Assembly: GCA_030445775.1 (NCBI GenBank)
Contig: JASUTC010000003.1
Span: forward strand, 1-63,281
Source of the DNA: Thermotogaceae bacterium
Lineage (GTDB): Bacteria; Thermotogota; Thermotogae; MWEM01
Direction: 5' to 3'
Length of the DNA stretch: 63,281 bases
In this document: one piece after another, positions 9,592 through 19,705 of the stretch
Position numbering within the stretch: position 1 is the first letter of the stretch
Layout of the letters: the number at the start of each line of letters is the position of its first letter
Notes under the pieces: model-generated
Database searches by the model: none
Seen by the model: the letters and a program-made list of their open reading frames with translations, nothing else
Told to the model about the DNA's origin: nothing
Program-made: the position numbers and the translations under genes

Positions 9592-11964
9592 TTACAATTT
9601 AAAACGGTTGATTTCCTGATTCAACTGTTCTGCCAAAATACTTAGCTTTTCAGTAGACTGTTTAAGGTTTTCAACTGAATTTGTTTGTTTTGCCACCTCG
9701 CTAACCAACGATTCAACCTGTTCGGAGGCATGAACCATGGATTGTGCCGATTGATCCATAGCTCCTGCAATCTCATCTGCTGCTGCGCTTTGTTCTTCTG
9801 ATGTATTTGAAAGATTCTCAACAGAAGTGAGAACTTCGGAGAGATTGTCAGAAATGGCTCCAAATTGTACCAGTGCACTCTGAGCTCTTTCATTCATATC
9901 ATTGACAATATTGACTGTCTTGTCTGAAGCGTCATTAACGGATTGTACGCGGGTACTGATCTCTTTTAGCATCTTTGAAATATCTTCCGTTGCCTTTTGA
10001 CTTTCTTCTGCTAATTTTCTTATTTCATCAGCTACAACTGCAAACCCCTTTCCGGCTTCCCCTGCTCTTGCTGCTTCAATGGCAGCATTTAAGGCCAATA
10101 AATTAGTTTGTTCTGAAATACCCGAGATCGTCTGGACAATTTCACCTACATTTTTCGCTTGTATTTGCAATTCATCAACATATTTAGAAGTTTCTGAAGC
10201 CTGATTTTCCGCATCTTTCACAATTGAGGCCATTTCAGTCAGTTCTGTTTTGCCAGTTTTTGCAGAAATTGTAGTGTCATTGGTTTTTGTATACAGTTCT
10301 TTTGAAATATCAGAAACATTTTTCGCAGAAGCGGCAATTTCTTCAATTCCCGAAGTTACCTCCTCAATAGCTGCGGAAGTATCTTGTATATTTCTATCAG
10401 TAACAGAGGAAATTTCCTTTAACTCAAGAGAAACGCCTGTTGTTTCTTCAGTAATATGATCAAGCTCTTGAGAAGCCCCTTTTACCTCATCCATGGCTGT
10501 TTTTACTTTGCTTAAAGTTGCTTTCATTGAAAGAACAATCTCTTGCATGGCCTGTTCGGCTAATTCAATCTCGTCCTTTCGTTTTTTTGTATCTTCAAAT
10601 TCAACGGTTAAGTCAAGCGCTTTTAGTCTATCGGTTTTTGCCAATAAAGATTTCAGTGATTTACGAATGGTGAAGTGAATGATAGCGGCTACAAGAATAG
10701 CTATAACGATAGAGGCTAAAACAATTATGAGAATGATCACATTACTTGAATAAATGCTGTCTACGCTTTCATCACTTCTTTTCTTGACTGTTTTTAACCC
10801 ACTGTTAAACGCTTTATTTTGTTGAACCGCAATTTCGTCCAACCGTTGAAGTAATTTATTCAAAGTTTGGTTGATATCCTCATTAATGATATTCAACGAA
10901 CCTGCTTTTGCTTCTTCAATATCTGTTTGAACGGTTTCTATATTTCCTTGAATATCACTAAGCTTTGCACTGATTTCAGTGGATCGATTTAGCAACCCTT
11001 TTAATTCTTCAATTTTCTCTACATATTGATCCAAAGACAAAGTAATCAAGACCGTCACAACCGGATCAAAAAGATCAAATCCGTACTTTGAAACAATAAA
11101 TCCTCTTTTACCTTCGGCAAGTACTCCAGATAGCATTTCATTTTTAAAGGTTTTGATCTTTTCCACTTGTTGATCGGCATTTTCCGGTTTGATTAATACC
11201 TCTCGAGTCATCAGTTTGAGTTGTGTCAGTTCTGTAAATGGAACATTTGTTCCCAATATCTTTTCATTCCATAACAGTTCCAGTTCCAACAAACCAAAAT
11301 CTTGCACCCCTGCTTCCACTTTTAATGCCGTCTGTATTTCTTGCTCTTGTTCTTCAGTTAAATCCGTCAACACATTCCCCTCTTCTTTGACTGTCTCGTA
11401 TACGGGGAAAAAGGTATCCATTTTTCCACTGTTTAAACCCTGAAAAGATTCCTCAGGGTTATCCGAAGGCTCAATATAAAGAGCAGAATCGATTTCAGCA
11501 TCAATATTCTCTTTTTCCTTTTGATAATTCAAAATCTCTGCATTCATAGTATTCAAATCGTTGGTTCTATTTATCTCATTACTCTTATAACTGTAAACAC
11601 CTTCTACTTCTTTGGTGATTTCTTCCAAGCTATCTTTCGTATCTTCGTATAAATTTAGTTCTTGTGCTCGTTTTGATATATTGGACTGTTCGGAACTGAG
11701 TTGATCATATAAATCATTCAAATGTTCAAGATCAAAAATATATCCCATTTTTAAAACCGTTTGAAGCATACCGTTAATTTCTGTAGAGAATTCACTCACT
11801 TGTTCATAATTGATAAATTGTTCACTGACCGCATCCACTTCATCTTTGATTTTGCTACCCTCAGCATCGATTTTCCATGATGAAAGCAAGGTTAACACTG
11901 AAATAACAGCAAATAAAGCTACTAATATTGAAAATCCAATGATAACTCTTTTTGAAATTGTCAC
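9592..11964 (-). CDS. Methyl-accepting chemotaxis protein
   Basis: Two TM helices, HAMP, signalling hairpin [38 protein letters not shown]; GTG start. Confidence 0.95.
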   Translation of the reverse strand: MTISKRVIIGFSILVALFAVISVLTLLSSWKIDAEGSKIKDEVDAVSEQFINYEQVSEFSTEINGMLQTVLKMGYIFDLEHLNDLYDQLSSEQSNISKRAQELNLYEDTKDSLEEITKEVEGVYSYKSNEINRTNDLNTMNAEILNYQKEKENIDAEIDSALYIEPSDNPEESFQGLNSGKMDTFFPVYETVKEEGNVLTDLTEEQEQEIQTALKVEAGVQDFGLLELELLWNEKILGTNVPFTELTQLKLMTREVLIKPENADQQVEKIKTFKNEMLSGVLAEGKRGFIVSKYGFDLFDPVVTVLITLSLDQYVEKIEELKGLLNRSTEISAKLSDIQGNIETVQTDIEEAKAGSLNIINEDINQTLNKLLQRLDEIAVQQNKAFNSGLKTVKKRSDESVDSIYSSNVIILIIVLASIVIAILVAAIIHFTIRKSLKSLLAKTDRLKALDLTVEFEDTKKRKDEIELAEQAMQEIVLSMKATLSKVKTAMDEVKGASQELDHITEETTGVSLELKEISSVTDRNIQDTSAAIEEVTSGIEEIAASAKNVSDISKELYTKTNDTTISAKTGKTELTEMASIVKDAENQASETSKYVDELQIQAKNVGEIVQTISGISEQTNLLALNAAIEAARAGEAGKGFAVVADEIRKLAEESQKATEDISKMLKEISTRVQSVNDASDKTVNIVNDMNERAQSALVQFGAISDNLSEVLTSVENLSNTSEEQSAAADEIAGAMDQSAQSMVHASEQVESLVSEVAKQTNSVENLKQSTEKLSILAEQLNQEINRFKL

Positions 11965-12136
11965 CGTAAACCACCCCCGTGAATTAATTTGACATCCTAA
12001 ATGATATATAATTCTACCACATCAAATTTATCTTTTTTTCATCAATACTAATCAATTACTTGAATCCTTTCAAATATTAATAACTTTCTGTTGATTGTAA
12101 GAACCATATACACCCCTTAATAAAAATCACTCAAAC

Positions 12137-12508
12137 TTATGTTAACGCTGCAAGAACACAATCTTTTACCACATTCATATCAAATTCTTCGGCTAATCGA
12201 TCTATTTCCACACTTCTAGCACCAGGTTGTAACCAGATATTTTTTATCCCAAGTTGTGATACTTGGTGAATAAGCTTTTCACCAATTGACGGATTAACAA
12301 CAAAATCAACAACATCGATTGACTGCGGAATCTCCAGCAAAGTTGGATATACTTTTACACCGCCTATTGCTTTTATTTTTGGGTTAACCGGATAAACATC
12401 ATAACCGTTATTAACGAGTATTTTAAAAATCTTATAACCGTATTTATCCGATTTGTCAGTAGCGCCCAACACTGCCCATCTTTTTAAAGAAAGCATTTTC
12501 TCCTTCAT
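12137..12508 (-). CDS. CoA-binding protein (YccU-like Rossmann fold)
   Basis: WAVLGAT...KYG, YPVNP, IDVVDFVV, IWLQPGA, DC motifs. Confidence 0.88.
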   Translation of the reverse strand: MKEKMLSLKRWAVLGATDKSDKYGYKIFKILVNNGYDVYPVNPKIKAIGGVKVYPTLLEIPQSIDVVDFVVNPSIGEKLIHQVSQLGIKNIWLQPGARSVEIDRLAEEFDMNVVKDCVLAALT

Positions 12509-12652
12509 TGTATGACCTCACTTTATTTTGAATTTTTTTGCTAAGTAAATAAATTATATCATGAAAGAAATGAAAAACTGAGAATTTCGAACTTTTTTAA
12601 AGCTAATCATAATTATTTATCTTAAATCAAACGAGATATCTTCTGATAACAC

Positions 12653-12710
12653 TTGAATATAATTTTGATTGGTATATGATATAGATGTGATGGTTCATTC
12701 ACATATCTAT
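12653..12710 (+). promoter_or_regulatory. Candidate promoter (TTGAAT-N16-TATGAT) followed by an inverted repeat, possible TetR operator
   Basis: ATAGATGTGA-tggttcat-TCACATATCTAT at 12681-12710, just downstream of a plausible -10 and upstream of the catabolic operon. Confidence 0.4.
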
Positions 12711-12739
12711 TTTTATCAATATTATGCGGAGGTGTTATT

Positions 12740-13480
12740 TTGAAATTTGAAGGGAAAATTACCGTTATTACCGGGGCTGCAAGGGGAATTGGTAGGGAGA
12801 CAGCCCTGTTATTTGCAAAACATGGATCAAAAGTCATCGCTTGTGATGTTTTAGACGATGATTTACAAACTTTAGAAAATGATTCCAGGGAAATGACCGC
12901 CGGTTCAATTAAAGGTGTCCATTTGGATGTGACCAACAGAAAAGAGATTGACAAAGTAATCGGAGAAATTAAAGAAGAATTCTCAAAAATTGATATACTG
13001 ATCAACAACGCTGGGATTACCCGCGATGCTTTCCTGATGAAAATGACTGAAGAACAATGGGATCAGGTTATTAATGTCAATCTTAAAGGTATCTTTAACA
13101 TGACCCAGGCTTGTTCCAGACTCATGAAAAACGATGGGGGCGTTGTTTTGTCCACCTCTTCGGTAGTTGGTGTTTACGGAAATATTGGTCAAACAAATTA
13201 TGCAGCCACCAAATCAGGTGTCATTGGTATGACCTATACATGGGCAAAAGAATTGGCCAGGTATAAGATTAGAGTAAATGCTGTTGCCCCCGGTTTTATC
13301 AAAACACCGATGACAGAAAATCTTCCACAAAAAGTATTGGATTACATGACAGAAAAAACACCTCTGAAGATGATCGGTGATCCAATCGATATTGCCAATG
13401 CCTTTCTGTTCCTGGCAAGTGATAATGCCAGATATATAACAGGACAAGTACTTGGTGTAGACGGAGGTCTTGTTATTTAA
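12740..13480 (+). CDS. fabG: SDR 3-oxoacyl-ACP/CoA reductase (FabG/PhaB-like)
   Basis: TGAARGIG, NNAGITRD, YAATK catalytic motif, VNAVAPGFI.T.M; GGAGGT RBS before TTG. Confidence 0.88.
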   Translation: MKFEGKITVITGAARGIGRETALLFAKHGSKVIACDVLDDDLQTLENDSREMTAGSIKGVHLDVTNRKEIDKVIGEIKEEFSKIDILINNAGITRDAFLMKMTEEQWDQVINVNLKGIFNMTQACSRLMKNDGGVVLSTSSVVGVYGNIGQTNYAATKSGVIGMTYTWAKELARYKIRVNAVAPGFIKTPMTENLPQKVLDYMTEKTPLKMIGDPIDIANAFLFLASDNARYITGQVLGVDGGLVI

Positions 13481-14782
13481 ATGATATCCAACAAGGAGAA
13501 ACCAATCAGAAGAATCCCGAAATCAGAGAAGGGTGAAAAAACATGGAAATCCCTTTTTGAAAGTGCACAGCGCATTTTCTTGGAAAAGGGTTATCATAAA
13601 GCTTCTGTATTGGCTATCTCTAAAGACGCCAAGGTCTCTCCTGCAACTTTTTACCAATATTTCAGTTCAAAAAACGAGATCTTTGAAATCATATTGGAAA
13701 CCTTTCAAAATGAATTTTTCAACCTTTTATCCAGCATCATCCATTCAGAATTGACTTTGGAGGAAAAAATAAAGATTCTTATCAACCGAGTTTTTGATAC
13801 ATTTTGGAATTTCAGATATGAGTATAAAGTATTTCGTGAAGCTGAATTTATAGATAAGGAACTCTGTCTTAATTTCCATTTAAAGATAAAAGCTATTTTA
13901 GAAAATAACCCGGACTCTAATTCTCAATCCCAAGACCCTGATCCCTTTTTTTGGTTTTTGTTTGGACCTTTGTTTTACATCGCAGGTTATTGGATTCTTT
14001 GGAATGATTCAAAAGTGCCGGAAGGAACACGAGAAACCCTTTTGCAATTCTATTTAAACGGTCTTTCAATCAGAAAATTCAGCGTGGATGAAAAGGTTTT
14101 CTCCACTCTGAATGCGTTCCGATTAGATGATGAAAATATTCTGAATAAAGGGGAACAGAGTAAAAAGAGATTATTGAATTCAGCTGAATTACTATTTGGA
14201 GAAAAGGGATATTTTGAAACAACCGTTCATGAAATCTGTCAACAATCGAATCTGAGTGCCGGGGCGTTTTACTTGTATTTCCCGGGAAAACAGAATGTGT
14301 TATCTGAGTTAATCAAAAAAACCAGTAAGGAACTCAGATTTGTTTTAAAAAAGTATTCAGAAAGATTTTCAGACAGAAGGGATATGGAAATTGCATCGCT
14401 GAAAGGATTTCTTGAATTTTTCAAAAAACATTCTAACATGTATGGTGTTGTAAGAGAAAGCGAATTTATCGACAATAAAATCACATTGGAATATTACGAT
14501 TCCTTAAAAAAGCCCTATATAAAGGTATTGGATCATGCTAAAGAAAAAGGACAGATTCGAGACTACGATTCCGAAACACTCTCCATGATCTTAATGGGAA
14601 TCGGACATTTATTAGGACAATCTCTTTTGATTTTATCGGATAAATCATCAGAGAAATTTGAAAACTACCTAAAACCACTTTCACACTTGATGATGAATGG
14701 CGTTTCGAAGAACACTCCCTGGAATTTGGTTCACAAATTACACGGGATAGAATCTGAAAGCAATTCAACAACAGAAAAATGA
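13481..14782 (+). CDS. TetR/AcrR regulator with two tandem TetR modules
   Basis: Two HTH blocks: FLEKGYHKASVLAISKDAKVSPATFYQYFSSK and FGEKGYFETTVHEICQQSNLSAGAFYLYFPGK; both followed by (F/V)RE(A/S)EFID. Confidence 0.9.
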   Translation: MISNKEKPIRRIPKSEKGEKTWKSLFESAQRIFLEKGYHKASVLAISKDAKVSPATFYQYFSSKNEIFEIILETFQNEFFNLLSSIIHSELTLEEKIKILINRVFDTFWNFRYEYKVFREAEFIDKELCLNFHLKIKAILENNPDSNSQSQDPDPFFWFLFGPLFYIAGYWILWNDSKVPEGTRETLLQFYLNGLSIRKFSVDEKVFSTLNAFRLDDENILNKGEQSKKRLLNSAELLFGEKGYFETTVHEICQQSNLSAGAFYLYFPGKQNVLSELIKKTSKELRFVLKKYSERFSDRRDMEIASLKGFLEFFKKHSNMYGVVRESEFIDNKITLEYYDSLKKPYIKVLDHAKEKGQIRDYDSETLSMILMGIGHLLGQSLLILSDKSSEKFENYLKPLSHLMMNGVSKNTPWNLVHKLHGIESESNSTTEK

Positions 14783-14792
14783 GGAGGAACGA

Positions 14793-15992
14793 ATGAAAAA
14801 GATCTTTATTACCGGAGCAAAAAGAACAGCCATTGGAACGATGGGAGGCACCCTTAAAAATACATCAGCCGTTGATCTTGGTGTAGTAGCTGCTAAAGCG
14901 GCTATGAAACAATCCGAAATCAATCCTGAAGAAGTAGATGAAACCATAGTCGGAAATATACTTTCCGCCGGTATTGGAATGGGACCGGGAAGACAAGTCA
15001 GCATATACGCCGGTGTACCGGAAGAGAATCCGGGATATTCAGTGAATATGCTATGTGGATCGGGAATGAAATCAGTGATGATTGGAGCCTCAGACATTTT
15101 GCTTGGCGAGGCTGACTGTGTGCTTTGTGGTGGTATAGAAAATATGAGTATGTCACCTTATCTGTTACCAAAAGGGCGTTTTGGATACAGACTGGGAGAT
15201 GGAAAAGTTGTGGACCATATGGTCAACGACGGTTTGACGGATGTTTTCAACCACTATCATATGGGTTTGACTGCAGAGAATATTGCGGAAAAATATACGA
15301 TATCAAGAGAAGAACAAGACCAATTTGCCTATGAAAGTCAGCAAAGGGCTGCAAAGGCCATAGAAGAAGGCAAATTCAAAGACGAGATAGAACCCGTTAT
15401 CATCAAAGGAAGAAAAGGAGATACGGTTTTTGAAGTGGATGAACATCCAAGATTGACCGATTTGGAAAAAATGGCAAAACTGAGACCGGCATTTAAAAAA
15501 GACGGGTCAGTAACGGCCGGAAATGCCTCCGGTATCAATGACGGCGCTTCCATGACCATTTTGATGACGGAGGATAAGTGTGAAAAGCTCGGGGCGAAAC
15601 CATTAGCCGAATTGGTAGCCTTTGCACAGTATGGGGTAGATCCGGCATTTATGGGATTGGGTCCCGTTGGCGCCATCAAAAAAGTTCTTAAAAAAGCCGA
15701 TATGAGTCTTAAAGACATGGACCTTATCGAATTAAACGAAGCCTTTGCCGCTCAGAGCTTGGGTGTCATTAAAGATTTGACGGAAGAACATGATGTTTCG
15801 AAGGAATGGCTCATGGAAAGAACCAATGTGAACGGAGGGGCAATAGCCTTGGGGCATCCCATTGGATGTTCAGGAAACAGAATCATCGTCACCTTATTGT
15901 ATGAGATGAAAAAAAGAAACCTTAAATACGGGCTGGCAAGTCTTTGCATTGGCGGAGGAATGGGAACCGCCGTTATTATTAAGAACGTATAG
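14793..15992 (+). CDS. Acetyl-CoA C-acetyltransferase (thiolase)
   Basis: NMLCGSG, NASGINDGA, ELNEAFAAQ, GHPIG, CIGGGMG. Confidence 0.96.
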   Translation: MKKIFITGAKRTAIGTMGGTLKNTSAVDLGVVAAKAAMKQSEINPEEVDETIVGNILSAGIGMGPGRQVSIYAGVPEENPGYSVNMLCGSGMKSVMIGASDILLGEADCVLCGGIENMSMSPYLLPKGRFGYRLGDGKVVDHMVNDGLTDVFNHYHMGLTAENIAEKYTISREEQDQFAYESQQRAAKAIEEGKFKDEIEPVIIKGRKGDTVFEVDEHPRLTDLEKMAKLRPAFKKDGSVTAGNASGINDGASMTILMTEDKCEKLGAKPLAELVAFAQYGVDPAFMGLGPVGAIKKVLKKADMSLKDMDLIELNEAFAAQSLGVIKDLTEEHDVSKEWLMERTNVNGGAIALGHPIGCSGNRIIVTLLYEMKKRNLKYGLASLCIGGGMGTAVIIKNV

Positions 15993-16072
15993 TCAATAAC
16001 CTGTTCTAATTTTTTGTTATTTTATTTATTTTTTTATACGATTCAAATTTTTCCGGAGTGGAGGACTTATTT

Positions 16073-17104
16073 ATGTCAAAAGAATTAATTGGTATCAGGG
16101 GAATCGGTACCTATTTCCCCGAGAAAATTGAAACTGCTCAGTATATAGCAGAAGAGACAAACATCCCGCAGGATGTTATAGAAAAGAAATTTGGCGTCTT
16201 GAAAAAAACCGTTCCAGGCCCAGAAGATACCGCCAGTAATATGGGGTTATGGGCTGCTCAAAAGGCGATTAAAAAGGCACAGATAAACCCTGAAGCAATC
16301 GATCTGGTGATATGGAACGGGGCACAGCATAAAGATTTTCCCTGCTGGCTTGCCAGTCTTGATGTTGCCCATCGATTAGGAGCCATTAATGCATGGGGTT
16401 TTGACATGGAAGCCATGTGCGGTTCCATGATGGCAGGTTTTGAGACGGCTAAGAGTCTCATGAGAAACAACGACGAACTGAAAACGGTTTTATTGTGTTC
16501 AGGTTACAGGAATAACGATTTGATCAGTTATCAGGAGCCTTCCTCTTCTTTTATGTTTGATATCGGAGCCAGTGGTGCAGCAGTCGTCTTGGAAAAGGGT
16601 TACAACAAGAATGTGATTCTATCTTCCTCTTTTAAAGGGGATGGATCATTCTCAAGAGGATGTGTTGTCCCGGTGGGAGGCAATGACCGCTGGCCCATGA
16701 AAGAAGAAGATGTCAAAGATTTCCATTTTAAGATCCAAGGAGATCCCAAGGCATTTAAAACCAAACTGGGCGAGAAGACATTACCCAACTTCTTCTGGGT
16801 CATTCGAGATTCTTTAAGAAAATCGGGTTATTCACAAGAAGATATCGATTATCTTGCCATTTTACATTTTAAGCGTTCTGCCCATGACTTAATCTTGGAA
16901 GAATTGAATATCAGCCCGGAAAAGACCACTTATCTCGATGAATATGGTCATATTGGTCAAAATGATCAAATCATTTCATTGGAGATCGGATTAAAGAACA
17001 ATAAAGTGAAAGACGGGGACATTATCGTTATGGTGGGAGCCGGCTTAGGCTTTGTCTGGGCATCTTCAGTGATTCAATGGGGTATATATCAAGGCGGGGA
17101 GTGA
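16073..17104 (+). CDS. FabH/KAS III-like thiolase-fold enzyme (atypical 3-oxoacyl-ACP synthase family)
   Basis: EAMCGS (catalytic Cys), LAILHFK, YGHIGQND, GAGLGFVW; ATG at 16073 after GGAGG. Confidence 0.8.
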   Translation: MSKELIGIRGIGTYFPEKIETAQYIAEETNIPQDVIEKKFGVLKKTVPGPEDTASNMGLWAAQKAIKKAQINPEAIDLVIWNGAQHKDFPCWLASLDVAHRLGAINAWGFDMEAMCGSMMAGFETAKSLMRNNDELKTVLLCSGYRNNDLISYQEPSSSFMFDIGASGAAVVLEKGYNKNVILSSSFKGDGSFSRGCVVPVGGNDRWPMKEEDVKDFHFKIQGDPKAFKTKLGEKTLPNFFWVIRDSLRKSGYSQEDIDYLAILHFKRSAHDLILEELNISPEKTTYLDEYGHIGQNDQIISLEIGLKNNKVKDGDIIVMVGAGLGFVWASSVIQWGIYQGGE

Positions 17105-17109
17105 TTTTT

Positions 17110-18411
17110 TTGAACGGATTTTACAAAGATTATGCGGCAAAGAAAACGGATCATCATCATGTTTTATCACAGATCAAATCCAATGATGTAATTGTTTGTG
17201 GCATGGCAGCCACGGAACCTCAACAACTCTTAACCGATTTACACACTATCGCTGACAGGGTAAAAAACGTTGAGGTGTACACATGCCTAAATATGAAAGG
17301 CTATGAGTTTTACATGAAAAAAGAATATGAAGACTCTTTTATCAACAATTCCTGGTTCCATAATGCAGCGATTCGCAGTGCTATTAAGAGTGGTTTAAGA
17401 ACAGCTGCCTATGTCCCAAACAATCTGCATGAAGCCGGTACAAACCTGCTTGCATTACAGGATCCGGACTTTTATGTGGGAATCGCATCTGAAATGGATG
17501 AACATGGTTTTTTTACCTGTTCTCTTAGTGCAACCTATGAGAAAGACGTGATCGAGAAAGCAAAAAAGGTGGTTCTTGAAGTGAACAAAAACGCCCCAAG
17601 GACCCATGGGGATACACAAATTCACATTTCTCAGGTTGATTGGCTGTATGAAGTCGACTATCCCATTCCTGAACTGCCGGATGTACAAGCCAGTGAAACC
17701 GATGAAAAGATTGCCGGTTATATTGCAGAACTCGTACATGATGGCTCAACACTTCAGATTGGTATTGGCGGGATTCCCAATGCGGTTGCCGGATTACTCA
17801 AGGATAAAAGAGATTTGGGGATTCATACTGAAATGTTTACCGAATCCATGATTGACCTTTTTAAATTGGGTGTCATCACAAACAGAAGAAAGACTCTTTG
17901 GCCGGGAAAAGCCATCTGTACTTTTGCATTAGGCTCAAAGAAAATGTACGACTTTATCCAGGACAATCCCGGTGTCTGGTTATTAAGGGGAAGTTATGTC
18001 AATGATCCTTATGTCATTGCCCAAAATGACAATATAGTTAGTGTGAACACAGCCATAATGGTGGATTTGACAGGACAGGTGTGTTCTGAATCAATCGGAA
18101 CAACTCAATTTAGCGGAACGGGTGGTCAGCTGGATACCCACAGAGGTGCTGTCATGAGTAAAGGCGGCAAAGGAGTTATTGCCCTCTCGGCTAGAACTCG
18201 AAAAGGGGCTTCCAAAATCGTTCCCATGCTAAAAGCAGGTTCTGGAGTTACCGTTCCCAGACAGGACTTGGATTGGGTTGTCACGGATTTCGGTATTGCT
18301 AAATTAAGGGGACTTCCAGTGAATAAAAGGGCAAAGGAATTAATCAGAATAGCACATCCCGATGACAGGGATGACTTAAAAAAACAGGCTCATGACATTG
18401 GGCTTTTATAA
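17110..18411 (+). CDS. Acetyl-CoA hydrolase/4-hydroxybutyrate CoA-transferase family protein
   Basis: LQIGIGGIP, DLGIHTEM (catalytic Glu), DLTGQV.SE, SGTGGQLD, IAHPD; probable TTG start at 17110 after GGGGAG. Confidence 0.9.
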   Translation: MNGFYKDYAAKKTDHHHVLSQIKSNDVIVCGMAATEPQQLLTDLHTIADRVKNVEVYTCLNMKGYEFYMKKEYEDSFINNSWFHNAAIRSAIKSGLRTAAYVPNNLHEAGTNLLALQDPDFYVGIASEMDEHGFFTCSLSATYEKDVIEKAKKVVLEVNKNAPRTHGDTQIHISQVDWLYEVDYPIPELPDVQASETDEKIAGYIAELVHDGSTLQIGIGGIPNAVAGLLKDKRDLGIHTEMFTESMIDLFKLGVITNRRKTLWPGKAICTFALGSKKMYDFIQDNPGVWLLRGSYVNDPYVIAQNDNIVSVNTAIMVDLTGQVCSESIGTTQFSGTGGQLDTHRGAVMSKGGKGVIALSARTRKGASKIVPMLKAGSGVTVPRQDLDWVVTDFGIAKLRGLPVNKRAKELIRIAHPDDRDDLKKQAHDIGLL

Positions 18412-18428
18412 AAAAGGAGGAAATTAAC

Positions 18429-19622
18429 ATGAAGAAATTGTTATTAATCGTTTTGGTCGCAGCTATGATTTTTTCAACAGGTTTTAGTGCGGAAAATTCA
18501 ACAAACGGAATAACCGACGATTCAGTAAAAATCGGTACATTCCAAGCGCTTTCGGGAGCAGTAGCCTTTATTGGTGTTTCAATGAACAAAGGAATGGAAG
18601 CTTACTTTAACTGGATCAATGAAAATGGTGGTATCTACGGAAGAAAAATCGACCTGATTTCAGTTGACGACCAATTTGTTCCTTCAAAAACAGTCATCGA
18701 AGTAAAAAGACTTGTCGAACAGGACAAAGTATTTGCAATCGTTGGTGGCCTTGGAACACCTGGATGTCTCGCAGTTATGGACTATTTAAATGAAGGTGGG
18801 GTTCCATTTGTATACCAGGGAAGCGGTTCAAGCTTGCTATCTATACCTCCGAAAAAGTATATTTTCTCAGTACAGCCAAACTATTCCATTGAAGCACCCA
18901 TTGTTGGAAAATATCTTACCGAAGTGGCAAACAAAAAGAGAATCGGTATGATTTACAGAGCTGCTGAAGATGGAAAGGAAGCTTATGCTGCACTGAGGGC
19001 ATGGTTAAGGGAAAACGGAAAATCAGATATGTTGGTTAGAGCCATAGCCGTTGATCCTGCACAAACATCCTTTGACAATGAAATCATCAAAATGATGCAA
19101 TCCGGAGTCGATGCAGTTTACCTGTTAACCTTTACCGATCAGACGCCAAACATCCTGAAACAATCCAGAGATTATGGGTTTGAACCATTATTTGTTTCCT
19201 GCTATCCTAATGCTGAACCGAAACTTATTCAGTTAGCTGAAGGAGCCGCAGAAGGAATGGAAGCTATGGCCTGGGTTGATTTAAATGATCCTGAAGCTGA
19301 GAATTATTTAAAATATATGGATATTTTCCAGGCTACATATCCGGATGAAATTCCCGATGCTTATGCTGCAGCAGGATTTATAGCCGCTGAATTGTTCACT
19401 GAAGGACTTAGAAGAGCGGGAGAAAATCCAACCAGAGAATCTTTAGTCGAAGGCCTCGAAAGCTTGAACGGATGGCAAGGTATTATTACACCGATTATAA
19501 CTTATTATCCGTATGATCCTGAAAATGAAAAGGCCAGACTCGGTTTGAATGCCATGTATATCTTACGAGTTGAAGGAGATCAGATGCTAAAGGCAATTGA
19601 CTGGGTAAAAATGGGAGAATGA
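18429..19622 (+). CDS. ABC transporter substrate-binding protein (Liv/HAAT-type, PBP1 fold)
   Basis: Signal peptide, GITDDSVKIG...LSG, GGIYGRKI...DD, LVEQDKVFA; AAGGAGG RBS. Confidence 0.9.
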   Translation: MKKLLLIVLVAAMIFSTGFSAENSTNGITDDSVKIGTFQALSGAVAFIGVSMNKGMEAYFNWINENGGIYGRKIDLISVDDQFVPSKTVIEVKRLVEQDKVFAIVGGLGTPGCLAVMDYLNEGGVPFVYQGSGSSLLSIPPKKYIFSVQPNYSIEAPIVGKYLTEVANKKRIGMIYRAAEDGKEAYAALRAWLRENGKSDMLVRAIAVDPAQTSFDNEIIKMMQSGVDAVYLLTFTDQTPNILKQSRDYGFEPLFVSCYPNAEPKLIQLAEGAAEGMEAMAWVDLNDPEAENYLKYMDIFQATYPDEIPDAYAAAGFIAAELFTEGLRRAGENPTRESLVEGLESLNGWQGIITPIITYYPYDPENEKARLGLNAMYILRVEGDQMLKAIDWVKMGE

Positions 19623-19636
19623 TCAATTAACTATTT

Positions 19637-19675
19637 TGGGATTCGGTGTTCGAACCGAATCCCATTACTTTTTTT
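19637..19675 (+). terminator. Intra-operon stem-loop or partial terminator after the SBP gene
   Basis: Perfect 11-bp stem TGGGATTCGGT/ACCGAATCCCA with a 6-nt loop, followed by TTACTTTTTTT. Confidence 0.7.
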
Positions 19676-19705
19676 ATTTATTTTGTTGTTGGCAGGTGAT
19701 AAGGT

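Noticed and set aside
12622-13008. 128-aa minus-strand ORF over fabG and its promoter
   Set aside because: Antisense shadow of the SDR gene with no family motifs.
12740-17104. Reading fabG plus the FabH-like gene as a fatty-acid biosynthesis operon
   Set aside because: No acpP, fabD, fabF or fabZ; the cluster has a thiolase, CoA-transferase, importer and esterases, an NAD-type SDR and a non-canonical KAS III triad.
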